Assembly (NCBI GenBank): GCA_903880005.1
Contig: CAIRNV010000002.1
Location: 1 to 63,504, forward strand
Reading direction: 5' to 3'
From: an uncultured Verrucomicrobiota bacterium
GTDB taxonomy: Bacteria > Verrucomicrobiota > Verrucomicrobiia > Limisphaerales > UBA9464
Length of the DNA stretch: 63,504 nt
Shown: in pieces, positions 10,284-19,954 of the stretch
How the letters are laid out: each line of letters opens with the position of its first letter
How positions within the stretch are numbered: position 1 is the first letter of the stretch
The notes under the pieces: generated by a model
What the model saw: the letters and a program-made list of their open reading frames with translations, nothing else
Database searches by the model: none
What the model was told of the DNA's origin: nothing
Translations under genes and position numbers: made by a program

Positions 10284-10958
10284 ATGCAAATGAACGAGGC
10301 ATCGCGGATGGGGACGTGGAGATCGTCCTGGGCGGGCGCAAGCCTGCGCGCGATGGCATGGATGGGTTTGGCGGTGCTGCTGGCCGGCGCCGGGGCGTGG
10401 TGGTGGAAGACACGGCAAGGCGGCGCGGTCGAGGGACCCGAGGTGGCACGCGACGCGCTGATCCTGAAGGACGAGCGCCTGTACATGACCAACGCCACCG
10501 CGCCGTTCAATGGGGTGGTGGTGGAGCGTTATCCCGATGGCGTGGTGCGGTCCCGGTCGGGCGTGCGGGAGGGCAAGTTGCAAGGGGAATCCCGCGGCTG
10601 GTATCCCAACGGCCAGTTGCAGGTGCTGGAGCACTTCGAGGCCGGCATCTCCCATGGCCTTCGGACGAAGTGGCACGAGAACGGGGAACGCCAGTCGGAG
10701 GCTTCCATCGTCCAGGGCGTCATCGAGGGCGTCTTCCGTCGTTGGCACCCGGAGGGCGGGTTGGCCGAGGAGATCCCAATGAAGGCGGGGCAGCCCGATG
10801 GACTGGCGAAGTCGTTCAATCCGGACGGCAGCCCCAAGGCCGAGGCGGTGCTGAAGTCTGGCCAGGTCGTGACCCAACGTTTCTTCAACGTCGAGAAACC
10901 GGCCCCAACCTTGACAACCCCGGGGCCAGGCGGTGCAATGCCCAAATCGGGTCCATGA
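10284..10958 (+). CDS. MORN-variant repeat (YwqK-like) protein, N-terminal anchor
   Basis: Start at ATG 10284, preceded by GGTAGGGGA. TM segment: AMAWMGLAVLLAGAGAWWW. Repeated G-x-x-x-G..W..NG units: GKLQGESRGWYPNGQ, ISHGLRTKWHENGE, IEGVFRRWHPEGG. Confidence 0.65.
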   Translation: MQMNEASRMGTWRSSWAGASLRAMAWMGLAVLLAGAGAWWWKTRQGGAVEGPEVARDALILKDERLYMTNATAPFNGVVVERYPDGVVRSRSGVREGKLQGESRGWYPNGQLQVLEHFEAGISHGLRTKWHENGERQSEASIVQGVIEGVFRRWHPEGGLAEEIPMKAGQPDGLAKSFNPDGSPKAEAVLKSGQVVTQRFFNVEKPAPTLTTPGPGGAMPKSGP

Positions 10959-11851
10959 AGACGAGCACGTTGTTTTTCACCTTGGGGGTCTTGGCCATTG
11001 CCCGGCATGCCGCAACGGCTGCACCCAGCTACTCCGTGGATTGGGACGTCGCCACGTCCGGAGGCGGGAGTTCCAGCGGCGGCACGTTTGCCGTTTGGGA
11101 CGTCGTGGGCCAGGCGGACGCCGGCGAACTCTCCGGCGGCACCTTTTCCCTCAATTCGGGCCAGATGAGCCGACCCGGGCTCGCCGGCTTTCAGACGCGG
11201 GTGGTTTCGGGCGGGCGCAGGATTTTCTACAACGGCTCCTCCCTCGACGGGGGCAGCACCGCCGCCAATGCATCGGACGACGCGGCGCTGGCCACCGACA
11301 AGTCCGCCCTGCTGCCGGGTGGCACGGCGACCTTCGCCAACGTCACGAGCCATCCCTCGGGCATCACGGGCATCATGATCGACGTGGAGGCCCTGCCCGA
11401 GGCGTTGACCGAGGCCGACATCCAGGTGAAGGCCGGCAACAGCCAATCCCCCGGCTCGTGGACGAACGTCGTGTCCCCCACCATCACCCTGCGCCGCGGC
11501 GCCGGCAGCGACGGCAGCGACCGCGTCACCTTGGCCTGGCCGGGCGGCGTGCTTCAAAACCAATGGCTGCAAGCCACCATCAAGGCCACGCCCCAGTCCG
11601 GGATCGATTCCGATGATGTGTTCTACTTCGGCAGCTCCATCGGCGACGTCGGCGACTCCAACTCGAACTTCGAGGTCAACGCCATCGACGTCACCGCGAC
11701 GCGCTTGAACGTCGCGTTCTCCCAGGTTCCGGTCACGTCGCCCTACGACATCAACCGCGACGGCTACGTCAACACCACCGATATCACGTCGGTCCGATTG
11801 AACCTCAGCGTGATCCCGTCGCGGGCGCTGGTACGTTTGGTGGCGCCCTGA
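10955..11851 (+). CDS. secreted hypothetical protein with C-terminal dockerin/EF-hand-like Ca-binding loop
   Basis: ATG 10955 overlaps the upstream stop (ATGA). Signal peptide: MKTSTLFFTLGVLAIARHAATA. The C-terminus contains DINRDGYVNTTDITSVRLN. Confidence 0.6.
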   Translation: MKTSTLFFTLGVLAIARHAATAAPSYSVDWDVATSGGGSSSGGTFAVWDVVGQADAGELSGGTFSLNSGQMSRPGLAGFQTRVVSGGRRIFYNGSSLDGGSTAANASDDAALATDKSALLPGGTATFANVTSHPSGITGIMIDVEALPEALTEADIQVKAGNSQSPGSWTNVVSPTITLRRGAGSDGSDRVTLAWPGGVLQNQWLQATIKATPQSGIDSDDVFYFGSSIGDVGDSNSNFEVNAIDVTATRLNVAFSQVPVTSPYDINRDGYVNTTDITSVRLNLSVIPSRALVRLVAP

Positions 11852-12105
11852 TGCGCCCGGTCTCGGCGCTGCAGCCCGCCGGCCTTCGGCGAATGCAAGG
11901 CGCGTCCCTGCGAATGGGATGAGCCCTCGACCCGAGCGCCGAGGGCCCGGACCCACTCGCATCGCGCGTCCCTCGCGCCGCGTTCCCTTCCCTGCCCGCT
12001 TGCACGACATCGAAGCAGGGATCTCGAATCGCGTTTTTGCTTCCACCGCCGCCGCATGCTGCCGCACGGTCACCCGGCGGTTCGTCCCGGAGTTTCCCAC
12101 ATCAC

Positions 12106-12351
12106 ATGAAAGCAAAGATCATCATCACCCCGAAGAAGGCGGTGCTGGATCCCCAAGGCAAGACGGTCCAAGGCGCGCTGGCGCACATGGGCTACGAGGG
12201 GATCGGGGCCGTGCACGTGGGCAAGTACATCGAGATTGAACTGCAACCCGGGGCCGCCCCGGCCGACGCGGAGGCGCGGTTGCACGAGGCATGCCGCCGG
12301 TTCCTGAGCAACCCGGTCATCGAGGACTACAAGCTCGAGGTCATCGCCTAG
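12106..12351 (+). CDS. purS: phosphoribosylformylglycinamidine synthase subunit PurS
   Basis: MKAKIIITPKKAVLDPQGKTVQGALAHMGYEGIGAVHVGKYIEIEL. The size is typical for PurS and the gene sits directly upstream of purQ. Confidence 0.9.
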   Translation: MKAKIIITPKKAVLDPQGKTVQGALAHMGYEGIGAVHVGKYIEIELQPGAAPADAEARLHEACRRFLSNPVIEDYKLEVIA

Positions 12352-12363
12352 CCCACCCCTTCC

Positions 12364-13071
12364 ATGCAGTTCGCCGTCCTTCAATTCCCGGCCAGCAATT
12401 GCGACCAAGACTGCGTCCACGCCGTCCGCGTCGCGGGTCACTCGGCGTCCTTGGTTTGGCACAAGGAAACCACCCTCGGCGGGGCTGACGCCGTGATCGT
12501 ACCCGGCGGCTTCAGCTATGGCGACTACCTGCGCTGCGGGGCCATCGCGCGCTTCAGCCCCGTGATGCAGGCCGTCAAGGCCTTCGCCGAGGCGGGCGGG
12601 TTGGTGCTGGGCATTTGCAACGGGTTTCAAATCCTGTGCGAGGCCGGGCTCCTGCCCGGCGCGCTCATTCGCAACCGGGACCTCCAATTCCACTGCGAGC
12701 AGGTCTTCCTCCGCACGGCCAACCCTGCCACGCCCTTCACGTCACGCATCCCCGCGGGGCGGATCCTTCGCATCCCGATCGCCCATGGCGAGGGCTGCTA
12801 CTTCGCGGACGACGCGACGCTCTCGCGGTTGCAGGCACGGGGGCAGGTCCTGTGGCAGTACGCCGACGCGCGGGGCGAGGTCACCGAAGCGGCGAATCCC
12901 AACGGCTCCTTGCTCAACATCGCGGGCATCGCCAACGAGGCGTTCAACGTGGCGGGCCTCATGCCCCACCCGGACCGCGCCAGCGAGGACGTCCTGGGCT
13001 CGACCGATGGCCGTTGGATCTTCGAGAGCATGGTGGCGGCCCTGGAGGATCGTCGCCGTGCCGTGGCCTGA
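12364..13071 (+). CDS. purQ: phosphoribosylformylglycinamidine synthase glutaminase subunit PurQ
   Basis: Class-I amidotransferase motifs are present: [11 protein letters not shown], the GICNGFQ nucleophile Cys, and the HGEG / MPHPDR region. Confidence 0.92.
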   Translation: MQFAVLQFPASNCDQDCVHAVRVAGHSASLVWHKETTLGGADAVIVPGGFSYGDYLRCGAIARFSPVMQAVKAFAEAGGLVLGICNGFQILCEAGLLPGALIRNRDLQFHCEQVFLRTANPATPFTSRIPAGRILRIPIAHGEGCYFADDATLSRLQARGQVLWQYADARGEVTEAANPNGSLLNIAGIANEAFNVAGLMPHPDRASEDVLGSTDGRWIFESMVAALEDRRRAVA

Positions 13072-13090
13072 CCGGGGACACGCCGCCGCC

Positions 13091-14836
13091 ATGGCTCGCG
13101 CGCGACGCGGCTGGATCCTCTGGGTGCTTCCACTTTGCATCGCCGCGTGCGCTCGCCTTGGTCCCCGCGCGGGGTCCCTGGCCGACGTCTCGGCGACGTT
13201 CGTGCGGAGCCACTTCTCGGCGCGGCCGTTGGAGGCCGTTGCATTGGGATGGCACGAGCATGACGGACGATTTGTCGTCCCCACCCTGGCCGAGATCTCG
13301 GCTGAGCAAGCACGGCTGAAGGCCTGCCAGGAAACGTTCGCGAGGCTGGACTCCCCCGCGCTCCGCGACGAGGAGCGCCTCGACCTCCAGCTCATGCGCC
13401 TCGCCGCGGAGAGGGGCCTATGGGCCATCGAGACCGAGCGCGGTTGGCAACGCAACCCGATGCACTATGCCGGCGCTCTCGACGTCAGCTTCTACCTGCG
13501 CCGAGACTTCAAGCCGCTGCGGGAACGCGTCGCCGACATGACGGCCATCCTGCGCCATGCACCCGAGCTGTTTGCCGCCGCACGGGACAACCTGGAACCC
13601 GTGCTGCCCCGCCCCTTCGTGGAGACCGGCATCGAGGTCACGCGCGGCACGGCGTCGTTCCTGGGCAACGAGGTCCTGCGTGCCGCGCGGTCGTGCGGCG
13701 ACCCGGCCGTCCTGGGGGCGTTCGAGAAGGTCAACTCCGTGGCCGTGCGCGAATGCAAGGCCTTCGCGGCATGGCTCGAAGCCGAGCGCCTCCCCAAGGC
13801 CACCAACGCCTTCGCCCTCGGCAGGGATGGCTTTGTCCGCATGCTCCGCGCGGAGGGGGTCGAGGATTCCCCCGAGGAAATCCTTGCGGCGGGGATGCGC
13901 GAACTATCGGCCGAGCAGAGCCGCTTCGAGGCGGCCGCCCGAGAGATTGACCCATCCTTGCCCGCCGCCGCCGTCTTCAAGGCCATCCAACGCGACCATC
14001 CCACCGCGTCCAGCCTGCTGGCGGACACGCGCCGCAACCTGGAGGCCATCCGCGAGTTCGTCGTCTCACGGCGCCTCGTCACCATCCCCAGCGAGGTGCG
14101 GGCACGCGTCGAGGAAACGTTGCCCCCCTTCCGCTCCACGAGCTTCGCATCGATGGACACGCCCGGGCCCTTCGAGACCCGCGCCACGGAGGCCTACTAC
14201 TACGTGACCCCGGTGGAGCCGGAATGGACCGCGCAGCAGGCGGAGGAATGGCTCTCGGCGTTCAACTTCTACACCACCGACGTCGTCAGCATCCACGAGG
14301 CGTACCCCGGCCATTACACCCAGTTCCTGGCCCTCAATGCCTCCCGCGCCACCACGGTGCAGAAGGTCTTCCCCAGCTATATCTTCGCGGAAGGCTGGGC
14401 TCACTATACCGAGCAAATGGTCCTGGAGGCGGGATTCATGCAACCCAGCGACCCGGCCCGATCCACGGCCGATGAACGCGTCCGCGCGGCCAAGTATCGC
14501 CTCGCGCAATCGGACGAGGCCCTGCTCCGGCTTTGTCGGCTGTGCTGTTCCACCCGCATGCATTGCCAAGGGATGACCCTCGACGAAGCCACCCGGTTCT
14601 TTCGCGAGCATTGCCACTACGAGGAGAAGCCCGCACGCAGCGAGGCGGTGCGCGGAACCCACGATCCCGGCTACCTGTTCTATACGCTCGGCAAGATGAA
14701 GATCCTCGCCCTGCGCGACGAGGTGCGGACGCGGGAAGGCGCACGCTTCGACCTTCGTCGCTTCCACGACGAGCTGCTTTCCCACGGCGCGCCGCCGCCG
14801 TCGTTGCTTCGACCGTTCATCCTCCGCGGGCGCTAG
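13091..14836 (+). CDS. DUF885 family protein (putative metallopeptidase-like), secreted
   Basis: Track ORF 12785..14836 trimmed to MARARRGWILWVLPLCIAACA (lipoprotein-like signal). HEAYPGHYTQ and AEGWAHYTEQ motifs match my recollection of DUF885. Confidence 0.8.
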   Translation: MARARRGWILWVLPLCIAACARLGPRAGSLADVSATFVRSHFSARPLEAVALGWHEHDGRFVVPTLAEISAEQARLKACQETFARLDSPALRDEERLDLQLMRLAAERGLWAIETERGWQRNPMHYAGALDVSFYLRRDFKPLRERVADMTAILRHAPELFAAARDNLEPVLPRPFVETGIEVTRGTASFLGNEVLRAARSCGDPAVLGAFEKVNSVAVRECKAFAAWLEAERLPKATNAFALGRDGFVRMLRAEGVEDSPEEILAAGMRELSAEQSRFEAAAREIDPSLPAAAVFKAIQRDHPTASSLLADTRRNLEAIREFVVSRRLVTIPSEVRARVEETLPPFRSTSFASMDTPGPFETRATEAYYYVTPVEPEWTAQQAEEWLSAFNFYTTDVVSIHEAYPGHYTQFLALNASRATTVQKVFPSYIFAEGWAHYTEQMVLEAGFMQPSDPARSTADERVRAAKYRLAQSDEALLRLCRLCCSTRMHCQGMTLDEATRFFREHCHYEEKPARSEAVRGTHDPGYLFYTLGKMKILALRDEVRTREGARFDLRRFHDELLSHGAPPPSLLRPFILRGR

Positions 14837-14912
14837 TGTCGCGCTTCGTGCACCCATGGCCGTGGAAGCCCGCAGGGCGTTCCCCCGGGCTGCGTCCTTG
14901 AACGCATCGGCA

Positions 14913-15338
14913 ATGGCCGATATGAAAAGCGCCATGGACGAGCTGGTGGCCTTGGCGCGCGTGATGTCGGACCCGTTGCGGGTCAGGATCCTGGCGCTGC
15001 TCTGCGGCCGCGAGGTCTGTGTCTGTGACCTGTGCGAGGTCCTCGACGCGCGGCAATCCACCTTGTCCACGCACTTGGCGGCCATCCGGCGCCATGGGGT
15101 GGCGACGGCGCGACGGGACGGGCGCTGGATGCACTATTCGCTGGCCCCCGAATGGGAATCGCGGGTCCCTGGGTTCCTCGCGTTGTTGGAGGCACGCGCC
15201 CGTGCGGCAACGTGGCGAGCCCGGGACGAACGTCGGCTGCTCGCCTGCATCCGGGCCCGCCAACACGCGCCGTGCGCCAACAAGCCACCCGTTGGAATGG
15301 GGTCGTCCAAGGGAAGGAGAAGCCTCCATGCGGCGTGA
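14913..15338 (+). CDS. arsR: ArsR/SmtB family transcriptional regulator
   Basis: Contains LSDPLRVRILALL..EVCVCDLCEVL..QSTLSTHLAAIRRHGV (wHTH with a CVC metalloid-binding-type motif). An alternative upstream start is at 14856. Confidence 0.8.
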   Translation: MADMKSAMDELVALARVMSDPLRVRILALLCGREVCVCDLCEVLDARQSTLSTHLAAIRRHGVATARRDGRWMHYSLAPEWESRVPGFLALLEARARAATWRARDERRLLACIRARQHAPCANKPPVGMGSSKGRRSLHAA

Positions 15339-15984
15339 ATGGCTCGGCGAGGCGGCCGGCACGTTCCTCCTGGTCTTCCTCGGCACGGGTGCCGTCATGG
15401 CGTCGGCAGCCCATCCCGTCGAGGTGCCCCATGGGTGGGTTTCGCTGGCATTCGGGCTGGCGGTGTTTGCGTGCATCGAGGCATTTGGCCCGGTAAGTGG
15501 GGCGCACCTGAACCCGGCCGTGACGGTGGGCCTCGCGTTGGCGCATCGGGTGGCATGGCGGACGGTCCCGGGCTACGTGGCCAGCCAATTGCTCGGCGCC
15601 GTCATGGCGAGCGGACTCCTCCGTTGGCTGCTGGGCCCCGTCGGCCGCATGGGCGCGACCATGCCGTCCGGCCCGGCCTGGCAAAGCTTCGCGATCGAGC
15701 TGGCTTTCACCTTCGTGCTCTTCCTCGTCGTCTTGCGGGTCACCGGCGGTGAGCGCGGCTCCGGTAGCCCTCCTGCCTTGACCATCGGGGCGGTGATCGC
15801 CCTCGAGGCACTGGTGGGCGGCCCGGTGTCGGGCGCATCCATGAACCCCGCCCGTTCCTTCGGGCCCGCCGTGGTGTCCGGCCTGTGGTCGTTTCACTGG
15901 ATTTATTGGGTTGCCCCGTTGCTGGGCGCGGCGCTGGCCGTGCCCGTGGCGCGCTGGATGGCGCGCCCGGCGGGCAATGGGTGA
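15328..15984 (+). CDS. MIP family channel (aquaporin/aquaglyceroporin), probable arsenite channel
   Basis: Two NPA boxes (HLNPAVT, SMNPARS) and six hydrophobic segments. ATG 15328 is preceded by GGAAGGAGA and overlaps the arsR end. It sits between arsR and arsC. Confidence 0.88.
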   Translation: MRREWLGEAAGTFLLVFLGTGAVMASAAHPVEVPHGWVSLAFGLAVFACIEAFGPVSGAHLNPAVTVGLALAHRVAWRTVPGYVASQLLGAVMASGLLRWLLGPVGRMGATMPSGPAWQSFAIELAFTFVLFLVVLRVTGGERGSGSPPALTIGAVIALEALVGGPVSGASMNPARSFGPAVVSGLWSFHWIYWVAPLLGAALAVPVARWMARPAGNG

Positions 15985-16011
15985 GGTTGGAAGCAAGGGA
16001 AGGAATCGACG

Positions 16012-16923
16012 ATGAAGTTGGCTGAATTGAAGCAGGCCTTGTCAGGCATGAAGGAATCCAAGGTCCGCTTCCGCTTGCCCTCGGGCGAGCTGGTGGCGGC
16101 GCACGCGCACGTCACGGAGGTCGCCCGGGTGGACAAGCGGTTCGTGGACTGCGGCGGCACCTTCCGGAAGGAATCATGGTGCCGGTTGCAAACCTGGGTG
16201 GCGGACGACGTGGAACACCGGCTGACTTCGGCCCGCTTGCTGGCGGCGCTCGACAAGGCGGCCCCGACGCTGGAGGCCGACGGGGACCACCTCGACGTGG
16301 ACGTGGAGCACGAGGCCGGCCTCGTGAGCCAGTACCCGGTGGGCAGGGTCGTCCCGGGGACGGACGAGGTCGTGCTCGCCCTCGATGCACGACACACGGA
16401 TTGCCTGGCCAAGGACCGATGCGTGCCCGCCGCCGCCCCGGCGGCATCCATCACGTTTGGACGACGACCGGCCGCATCCGTGCCCGCGCCCCAGCTTCAA
16501 AACGGCGGCCTGGTGCTCGTCCTGTGCACGGGCAACTCGTGCCGGAGCCACCTTGCCGAGGGCGTCCTGCGCGCGGCATCCATGGGGCGGTTCCGCGTGG
16601 CGAGCGCGGGCAGCCGACCCGCCGGGTACGTTCACCCCATGGCCATCCAGGTCATGGCCGAGGTGGGCATCGACATCTCGGGGCATCGGTCCAAGCACCT
16701 CGACGAGTTCCTCCACGAACCCGTCGAGACCGTCATCACGGTGTGCGGCAACGCGGATCAGGCCTGCCCCGTGTTCCCGGGGCAACGGAGGCGTTGGCAT
16801 TGGCCGTTCGACGACCCAGCCCACGCCCAGGGCACGGAGGAGGAGAGGCTGGCGGTGTTCCGTCGGGTGCGTGACGAGATCCTGCGCGTGTTCGGGGCCT
16901 ACGCGGCGGGACGGCTCGCGTGA
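16012..16923 (+). CDS. arsC: DUF6428-like domain fused to LMW-PTP-type arsenate reductase ArsC
   Basis: The N-terminal half ([39 protein letters not shown]) matches the DUF6428 pattern I recall from ars operons. The C-terminal half has the CTGNSCRS P-loop, ..[10 protein letters not shown].., and ..VCGNAD... Confidence 0.8.
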   Translation: MKLAELKQALSGMKESKVRFRLPSGELVAAHAHVTEVARVDKRFVDCGGTFRKESWCRLQTWVADDVEHRLTSARLLAALDKAAPTLEADGDHLDVDVEHEAGLVSQYPVGRVVPGTDEVVLALDARHTDCLAKDRCVPAAAPAASITFGRRPAASVPAPQLQNGGLVLVLCTGNSCRSHLAEGVLRAASMGRFRVASAGSRPAGYVHPMAIQVMAEVGIDISGHRSKHLDEFLHEPVETVITVCGNADQACPVFPGQRRRWHWPFDDPAHAQGTEEERLAVFRRVRDEILRVFGAYAAGRLA

Positions 16924-18032
16924 GCCACCTGGGCATGGACTGGCAATGGACCCGCGAGGCGGTGTCGCGCGGCGTCGAAGCGGGCTGGCATCGAGCGTTT
17001 CACCTCGCGGTGATCCGGCACGGGATCTCCTGGCAAATCTCCCTGGGCGAGGCTGCGCCCGACGCCCACGGGACGGAGGCGACGTGCTTCCCGTGGTTGT
17101 CCGCAGGCAAGCCGTTGCTGGCCTTGTTGGCGGGGCGGGCCGTCCAAGCGGGCTTCGTGGACTGGGACGATCCCGTCGCCAAGTGGCTGCCGGAGTTCGG
17201 CGGGGGCGGCAAGCACGAGGTCACGATCCGGCATGTGCTGACGCACACGGGCGGGTTCCGGTTGGCGGACCAACTGGATCCAGCCTGGGACTGGGACACG
17301 GCCTTGGCATGGGCGTGCGCGGCGCCCATCGAGCCCGGATGGATGCCCGGCGAGACGGCGGGGTATCAGGCACGAGGTTCATGGCTGGTCCTGGGCGAGG
17401 TGCTGCGGCGCGCTTGGGGTGGCGAGCTTGAGGACTTGCTGCAACGCGAGGTCACCGGCCCCTTGGGATTGGGCAGCCTCAGCTTTTCATGGAATCCAGC
17501 GCGGGCCGCCCGCCACGGGATGGGGTGGGCCCGCTTGAGGCGCACCACCAGGACGGCCGGGGACCCGGGCGACGAGGTGGTGGAACCGACGCGAATCGAC
17601 CCGGGCTCCGGGCTTCGGGGGACCGCCCGGGACATGGCACGCCTGTACGCGGCGCTGCTGGATCCCCCTGATGGATGGCTCGCGCGAGGACGATGGAAGG
17701 AGATGGTCCGCCGGCAGCGGTCGGGCGTGATGGACCGGACGTTTGGCGCCGTGGTGGACTTCGGGCTTGGGTTCGTGCTCAACACGCCTTCGGTCCAAGG
17801 GCGCCCGATGCCCTATGGCTACGGGCCGCACGCCAGCCTTGAGGCATTCGGCCATAGCGGCAGCCAATGCTCCTGTGCGTTTGCAGACCCGGTCCATGGC
17901 CTGTCGGTGGCATGGTGGTTCGACGGGATGCCGGGCGAACCCGTGCACCAAGCGCGGCAACGCGACGTCAACGCCACCGTGTACCGCGATCTGGGCCGGA
18001 ACGATGCCATTGGGTCGGTCGCGCTGGCTTGA
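16920..18032 (+). CDS. serine hydrolase, beta-lactamase/PBP fold
   Basis: GTG 16920 overlaps the arsC stop (alternative ATG 16935). SxxK candidate: LSAGK. Also [10 protein letters not shown] and C-terminal FGHSGS, typical of class-C-like hydrolases. Confidence 0.72.
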   Translation: MSHLGMDWQWTREAVSRGVEAGWHRAFHLAVIRHGISWQISLGEAAPDAHGTEATCFPWLSAGKPLLALLAGRAVQAGFVDWDDPVAKWLPEFGGGGKHEVTIRHVLTHTGGFRLADQLDPAWDWDTALAWACAAPIEPGWMPGETAGYQARGSWLVLGEVLRRAWGGELEDLLQREVTGPLGLGSLSFSWNPARAARHGMGWARLRRTTRTAGDPGDEVVEPTRIDPGSGLRGTARDMARLYAALLDPPDGWLARGRWKEMVRRQRSGVMDRTFGAVVDFGLGFVLNTPSVQGRPMPYGYGPHASLEAFGHSGSQCSCAFADPVHGLSVAWWFDGMPGEPVHQARQRDVNATVYRDLGRNDAIGSVALA

Positions 18033-18174
18033 TCTTCTCCCGCAAGAGCTTCGTCGTTCGCTCGTTACGGGCCTCGCACCGGCCCGCGCCTGTGGGACGC
18101 CTCGCGCACGCGGGTGCCGCCGTGTTCGAGACCTTGAATGTTGAAGGGCAAATCCCGAACCTGCGGGGCAGCGC

Positions 18175-19749
18175 ATGGGCAAACGCTTCTACATCACCAC
18201 CGCCATCGACTACACCAACGGCGCGCCACACCTGGGGCACGCCTACGAGAAGGTCATCACCGACGTCATCGCACGCGCCCACCGGGCCATGGGGGAGGAC
18301 GTGTTCTTCCTCACCGGCTTGGACGAGCACGGGCAGAAGGTACAGCAGGCGGCGGCGGCCGAGGGCAAGGACCCGAAGGCCTACTGCGACGAGCTCGCGC
18401 TTCAATGGACCGGCCTCGCTCGCGACCTCGGGCTTTCCAACGACGACTTCATCCGCACCACCGAGCCGCGCCACCGCGCGGTCGTCCACGCGATCCTGAC
18501 GAAGCTCCACGCGTCGGGCGACCTGTACTCCCAGCCCTACCACGGTTGGTACTCCGTGAAGGAGGAAACCTTCCTGACGGAGAAGGACCGGAACCCGGAC
18601 GGCACATGGGACCCCAAGTGGGGCCAGGTCATCCCGTTGACGGAGGAGAACTGGTATTTCCGCATGGCGCGCCACCAGGAGTGGCTGGTGGCCCACATCG
18701 AGGCGAACCCGTCGTTCATCGAGCCCTCGTACCGACGCAACGAGGTCCTGGGATTCCTGCGCTCCGAACGCCTCGCGGACCTGTGCATCTCGCGTCCGGC
18801 CAGCCGCCTTTCCTGGGGCATCCCGCTGCCGTTTGCGCCGGATTGGGTGACCTACGTGTGGTTCGACGCCCTGACCAACTACATCACCGTCCCGGCCGCG
18901 CACGGCGACCCGGCCGTCCTGGAGCCCCTGGGATTGCCCGCGACAGACCCCTCCGTGCAGGCGAAGCCCGTCTCGTTGTGGCCGGCCGACGTCCACGTCA
19001 TCGGCAAGGACATCATCAAGTTCCACGCCGTGTACTGGCCCATCATGCTCCATGCCGCCGGGCTTCCCCTGCCCCGCCAAATCCTGACGCATGGCTGGTG
19101 GCAAAAGGACGGCCACAAGCTTTCCAAGTCCACCGGCAACGTCGTGGATCCCATCGCCGTCATCCGTGAATGGGGCCTCGACGCGTTCCGCTACTACGTC
19201 CTGCGCGAGCTCGCCATCGGTCCGGACGGCAACTGGACCGACGAGGGCTTCCAATCCCGTTACAACGCCGAGCTGGCCAACGGGCTGGGCAACCTCCTCA
19301 ACCGCGCCGTCAACATGCTCGGCAAGTATCGCCAGGGCGTCGTCCCGGCCCCTTCCCATGAACTGGCCGCCGACGCCGCCCGCGCCGTCGAAGCCACCAC
19401 GCAGCGCATCCTTGCCAACGACCCACAGGGCGCGTTGGTGGCCATTTGGGACTTGGTCAATCGCGCCAACCTTTACGTCGAGCAAACCCAGCCCTTCAAG
19501 CTGGCCAAGGATCCCGCCCAGTCCCAACGCCTCGACGAGGTCCTCTACAACCTCGTCGAATCGTGCCGCATCCTGGCCGTCCTGCTGGTGCCGTTCCTGC
19601 CGGACACCTCTCGCCGCATGCTCGGGCAACTCCGCGTGGACGCCGCGCCCAACTGGTCCGCCGCGGCATGGGGTGGACTGGCCCTGGGCCACCAGGTGGG
19701 TGCGCCCGAGCCGCTCTTCCCCCGCAAGGATCTCAAGGCCAAGCCGTGA
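18175..19749 (+). CDS. metG: methionine--tRNA ligase
   Basis: The HIGH motif is present as PHLGHAY and the KMSKS motif as KLSKS. Also FFLTGLDEHGQK and WFDALTNY. Confidence 0.95.
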   Translation: MGKRFYITTAIDYTNGAPHLGHAYEKVITDVIARAHRAMGEDVFFLTGLDEHGQKVQQAAAAEGKDPKAYCDELALQWTGLARDLGLSNDDFIRTTEPRHRAVVHAILTKLHASGDLYSQPYHGWYSVKEETFLTEKDRNPDGTWDPKWGQVIPLTEENWYFRMARHQEWLVAHIEANPSFIEPSYRRNEVLGFLRSERLADLCISRPASRLSWGIPLPFAPDWVTYVWFDALTNYITVPAAHGDPAVLEPLGLPATDPSVQAKPVSLWPADVHVIGKDIIKFHAVYWPIMLHAAGLPLPRQILTHGWWQKDGHKLSKSTGNVVDPIAVIREWGLDAFRYYVLRELAIGPDGNWTDEGFQSRYNAELANGLGNLLNRAVNMLGKYRQGVVPAPSHELAADAARAVEATTQRILANDPQGALVAIWDLVNRANLYVEQTQPFKLAKDPAQSQRLDEVLYNLVESCRILAVLLVPFLPDTSRRMLGQLRVDAAPNWSAAAWGGLALGHQVGAPEPLFPRKDLKAKP

Positions 19750-19776
19750 CGAGGCAGTTGGGAGGGAAGTGCTTGC

Positions 19777-19882
19777 TGTAGGTCGCATGACCTCGCGCGG
19801 AGGGTGGGCTTGGGCTTGAAGCGGCGGGTTGGAAAACCCGCCCCCCTTTCTTCATCCATGGCACCGGGTGAGGGCACCCGCC
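19777..19882 (+). repeat. intergenic repeat element, copy A (contains GNRA-capped hairpin)
   Basis: 19821-19882 (GCGGCGGGTTGGAAAACCCGCCCCCCTTTCTTCATCCATGGCACCGGGTGAGGGCACCCGCC) is near-identical to 33038-33097. The 5' part, GTAGGTCGCATGACCTCGCGCGG, is a diverged version of GTAGGCCGCGTGCCCTCACGCGG at 32871 and 33004. Confidence 0.75.
19824..19841 (+). terminator. candidate intrinsic terminator hairpin downstream of metG
   Basis: GCGGGTT-GGAA-AACCCGC is a perfect 7-bp stem with a GNRA loop. It is followed by CCCCCTTTCTTCATCC, a weak T tract. It lies between the convergent genes metG and moaA. Confidence 0.35.
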
Positions 19883-19954
19883 CTCTGGCCGTGACCCGGG
19901 AAGAGCCGAGACGGCCCTGCCACATGTCCGTCCCGAACGCGCGAGGCGCCGCGC

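Noticed and set aside
17968-19788. 606-aa minus-strand ORF
   Set aside because: It is antisense to metG, whose HIGH and KMSKS motifs are present on the plus strand.
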